The position numbers and the translations under genes are program-made. Shown piece after piece: positions 63,400 through 64,000 of a stretch of DNA of 64,000 nt. The notes beneath the pieces are model-generated. The model searched no databases, was not told where the DNA came from, and saw only the letters and a list, made by a program, of their open reading frames with translations. The number at the start of each line of letters is the position of its first letter. Position 1 is the first letter of the stretch. Source of the DNA: Octopus vulgaris (taxonomy: Eukaryota); NCBI GenBank assembly GCA_951406725.2, contig OX597824.1, positions 33,108,001 through 33,172,000 on the forward strand, in the 5' to 3' direction.

Positions 63400-64000
63400 T
63401 TTGTGTTTTATTCGCAATGAACTATATGTAGACCCATTAACTGTATATAAAAAAATAAAAAGTATCCATCCCATGTCATCCAAAACACAATTGTACAAAA
63501 TCTCCCTCTGCTCACTCAAGACCCAAAAATGAAGAACATTCTGAACACACATAAACTCCTCAAAATGCAAAAGACAACACAAATCACATAAAAGACTCCT
63601 AACAAATGCAAAACTGAACTCATCACATACAACACCAACAGCTAAAAAATGCAGATGACCTAATTGTGGTGCAGGCCCAAACTTAACTGAAGGCATGGAA
63701 TTCTCATCCCAGCATGGAAAAATATTTTTAATTCAAACCAACTTCACATGTGCCTCTCAGAACCTGATTTATGTCCTAACCTGCTCAGGTTGTGGCCACA
63801 AATATGCCGGCCAAACGAGCCTTACTCTGAGATACAGTGTTACACTGCATAAAGAACAGATTCATTTTCTTCAATACAGACAGATAGTTCTGTGCGAACA
63901 TATTGACAGATATACAAGAAATAAAACACCAAATTTCCATATTTTTCCATCATACCAATGCAATGATTAAATCTCTTTACAAGAACGCCTAAACTAGGAA
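63400..64000 (+). pseudogene. Degenerate PLE of another group (Neptune/Nematis-like GIY-YIG with CxxC insert), runs off the window
   Basis: NFTCASQNLIYVLTCSGCGHKYAGQTSLTLR....HK.QI. The upstream Cys-rich linker is interrupted by a stop. Confidence 0.7.

Overview
AT-rich, microsatellite-saturated eukaryotic DNA whose repeat content resembles an octopus genome (inferred, not proven). One host gene can be assembled by hand: an 8-exon tandem-repeat (bi-CRD) galectin on the + strand (CDS 21697-54704, 311 aa, all GT-AG introns with consistent phases). The rest is transposon-derived: several SINE families, RTE/CR1/R4-like LINE fragments, Tc1/mariner elements with TIRs, non-autonomous Helitrons and Penelope-like elements (PLEs). 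The most notable system is PLE-linked. A young PLE (RT plus C-terminal GIY-YIG) forms a ~3.7 kb head-to-head palindrome (7875-11544). Its 64-bp junction piece begins within the T-run that contains the predicted cleavage site of the element's own hammerhead ribozyme (11561-11623). About a dozen further minimal hammerhead motifs (intact, variant or decayed) lie in short, often fold-back inserts in or near (TA)n tracts. They include a U3-A8 compensatory core variant, forms with a long helix II, and family-specific palindromic helix III sequences. All folds were read by eye and no activity has been tested.
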